64,000 bases of DNA. Origin: Octopus sinensis. Its lineage: Eukaryota. Shown piece after piece: positions 62,301 through 64,000 of the stretch. The first letter of the stretch is position 1; the number at the start of each line of letters is the position of its first letter. The position numbers were made by a program, and so were the translations under genes. The notes below the pieces were generated by a model that saw nothing but the letters and a program-made list of their open reading frames with translations, was not told where the DNA came from and made no database searches. The stretch is from the NCBI RefSeq assembly GCF_006345805.1, contig NC_042998.1, positions 187,612,001 through 187,676,000 of the forward strand, written 5' to 3'.

Positions 62301-63948
62301 ACCAACATCATTAGTATTATGAATGCTCAATGATTAATTTTATTACAAACATCAAATGAAAGTATAACCTCAGTACTTAACTTTGATGCAATATTTTGCT
62401 TCAGGACAGCTGTTTTTTTTTTTTTTTTACTCTTCACTTTTTTTTTCTTAGAAAAAGCACCATCCGAAAGTGGCCGATGCCAGCGCCACCTTGACTGGCC
62501 CCCGTGCCTGTGTGGCACATAAAAAGCACCAACCAATCGTGGCTGCTGCCAGACTCCCCTGGCACCTGTAAAAAGCACCCACTACACTCACGGAGTGGTT
62601 GACATTAGGAAGGGCATCCAGCTGTAGAAACACTGCCAGATCAGACTGGAGCCTGGTGCAGCCTCCTGGCTTCCCAGACCCCGGTCGAACCGTCCAACTC
62701 ATGCTAGCACGGAAAACGGACGTTAAACGATGATGATGATGTTTTACATACATTTCTCCACACTAGATATTTCCATACTTGTACATGTGAATATTGTTAT
62801 AGATATATGTTCGTACCACGAGATTCTTAATTCAAGGGCAACAGGTAAAGTTGCTTGTTAAGCAGACTGAGACGTGGATAAATACAGATTTTATCATAAG
62901 TTAAAACTGCACAATGAGCAAAAAAATAAAATTTTTTAAATATTACACTAACCTGTGACTGCCTCCTAAAAGCTGCAAAATCATTTCTGTAGTTGACCGC
63001 CCTACAGTTTCAAGTTGCCTTGATTTTGAGAAACCAAATTCTTCACCGGCAGAAAACAAACGTGACCGTAACTCATAAGATATACTTGGAACAGTCAGTC
63101 CAGAATCTGAGAACAAGATTTTTATCAATGACAAAACAAAAAATAACACAGAAAAAGATTCAATGTTTTGAACTGGCAATCTGAAATTTCTAACTAAAAT
63201 TTCTCATCAGAAGTTTTCAATTATTATCCAGGTAACTATGCCACTTTATAATGCCAGCATAGCTTGCGTATTATGAAAATTGCCTTATACCACTAATTTC
63301 TTTCGTCTTTTTTTACTAAATGTTGTCCCTCAGTTCAAATTCAGATACATTGGTAGAGAACTTAACAAAACCAACATGTAAAAAGAAAGTGTTGTTTCTT
63401 AATTAGTCCATCAGTGCCACTAATTTTTTCTCATTTTCTCTTTCTCGGAGATGCTTAAAAATGAATAGATTAGAGTAAAAGCAAAAATCTATTCAACAGA
63501 ACATTTGAGAAAATTAACTTTCTCACATGCTTAAAGACAATATGATAGGTACGTCATACTATTTCATTATATATTTCATTCAATCTTTCAAATCTGTGAT
63601 GATAATTTTACCAAACAGAATATAAATCCAACAAACCTGTTACATATTCTTGGTCTGAATAACAAGGAACTTTAATTTTACATAAAACCACAGGACCAGA
63701 CTCCAAAATATTTTCATCATGACGATATTTGGCAGGATTTTTCCTATCATTATTATGGTGAATTATTTCTGGCAAAGAATTTTCCATTTCCTGGAAGAAA
63801 GCTTTTTTGTCAAAAAGAGCCAAATTTTTCTCAAAGTCAAATTCCTTCAGAAAAGATTCAGAAGGAGCACTAAAACAATCTTCTCGTGTCATCAGTTTGC
63901 GACGGCAATCTATTTTTCGAGCTGGAGTTTTCTTCCTTGGTTCTGATG
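58983..63948 (-). CDS. EDC3: Enhancer of mRNA-decapping protein 3, 3' part (4 exons; gene continues beyond the window end)
   Basis: Exons 63948-63637, 63106-62953, 62160-61943, 59314-58983 join in frame with GT-AG introns. FDF motif (EFDFEKNLALFDK), then YjeF_N-like domain (PTVVVLCGPHIQGAQG...CARLLANH, VLAIDPP, VYLCDIGLP...SPFGHKF). Confidence 0.95.
60755..61018 (+). mobile_element. RTE LINE 3' end in an EDC3 intron
   Basis: Family core, terminal palindrome, (GAT)n. Confidence 0.85.
61943..62160 (-). CDS. EDC3: EDC3 YjeF_N exon (LNPKNDHQLPTVVVLCGPH...)
   Basis: Polypyrimidine acceptor CCCAAG|, donor G|GTAAGA. Confidence 0.94.
62453..62742 (+). mobile_element. RTE LINE 3' end in an EDC3 intron
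   Basis: Family core, (GAT)n tail. Confidence 0.85.
62953..63106 (-). CDS. EDC3: EDC3 exon (DSGLTVPSISYELR...LQLLGGSHR)
   Basis: Acceptor TTCTCAG|, donor AG|GTTAGT. Confidence 0.93.
63637..63948 (-). CDS. EDC3: EDC3 FDF-domain exon
   Basis: Acceptor TTTTGTAG|, donor G|GTTTGT; FDFEKNLALFDK, KYRHDENIL. Confidence 0.93.
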
Positions 63949-64000
63949 CTACAAAATAATTTTGTAATTATTTAGTCAAAAGAAAATGAAAGAAGGCAAT

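Overview
AT-rich, repeat-dense eukaryotic genomic DNA. The repeat families and TA/CA microsatellites point to an octopus (coleoid cephalopod) genome; this is inference. Two spliced protein-coding genes are supported, both on the minus strand. The first is a complete 8-exon mitochondrial tRNA-modification GTPase, GTPBP3/MnmE (19663->4065, 1635 nt CDS, 544 aa, all introns GT-AG and in phase). The second is the last four coding exons of the mRNA decapping enhancer EDC3 (63948->58983; FDF and YjeF_N domains; LSm N-terminus lies outside the window). No convincing exon was found in the ~39 kb between them. The rest is mobile DNA: about 16 5'-truncated copies of an RTE-clade LINE with a (GAT)n tail, three tRNA-derived SINE families, two CR1 3' ends, a full-length degenerate mariner, Tc1/maT relics, TTAA-flanked MITEs and an end-intact non-autonomous Helitron. 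There are also several long fold-back palindromes. The most unusual object is a ~415 bp palindrome at 52219-52633. It consists of two head-to-head copies of an element joining a tRNA-like Pol III head to a Penelope-type minimal hammerhead-ribozyme motif. A strand-biased pre-miRNA-like hairpin at 37365-37441 is the next best lead. All calls were made by eye, with no database searches or folding programs.
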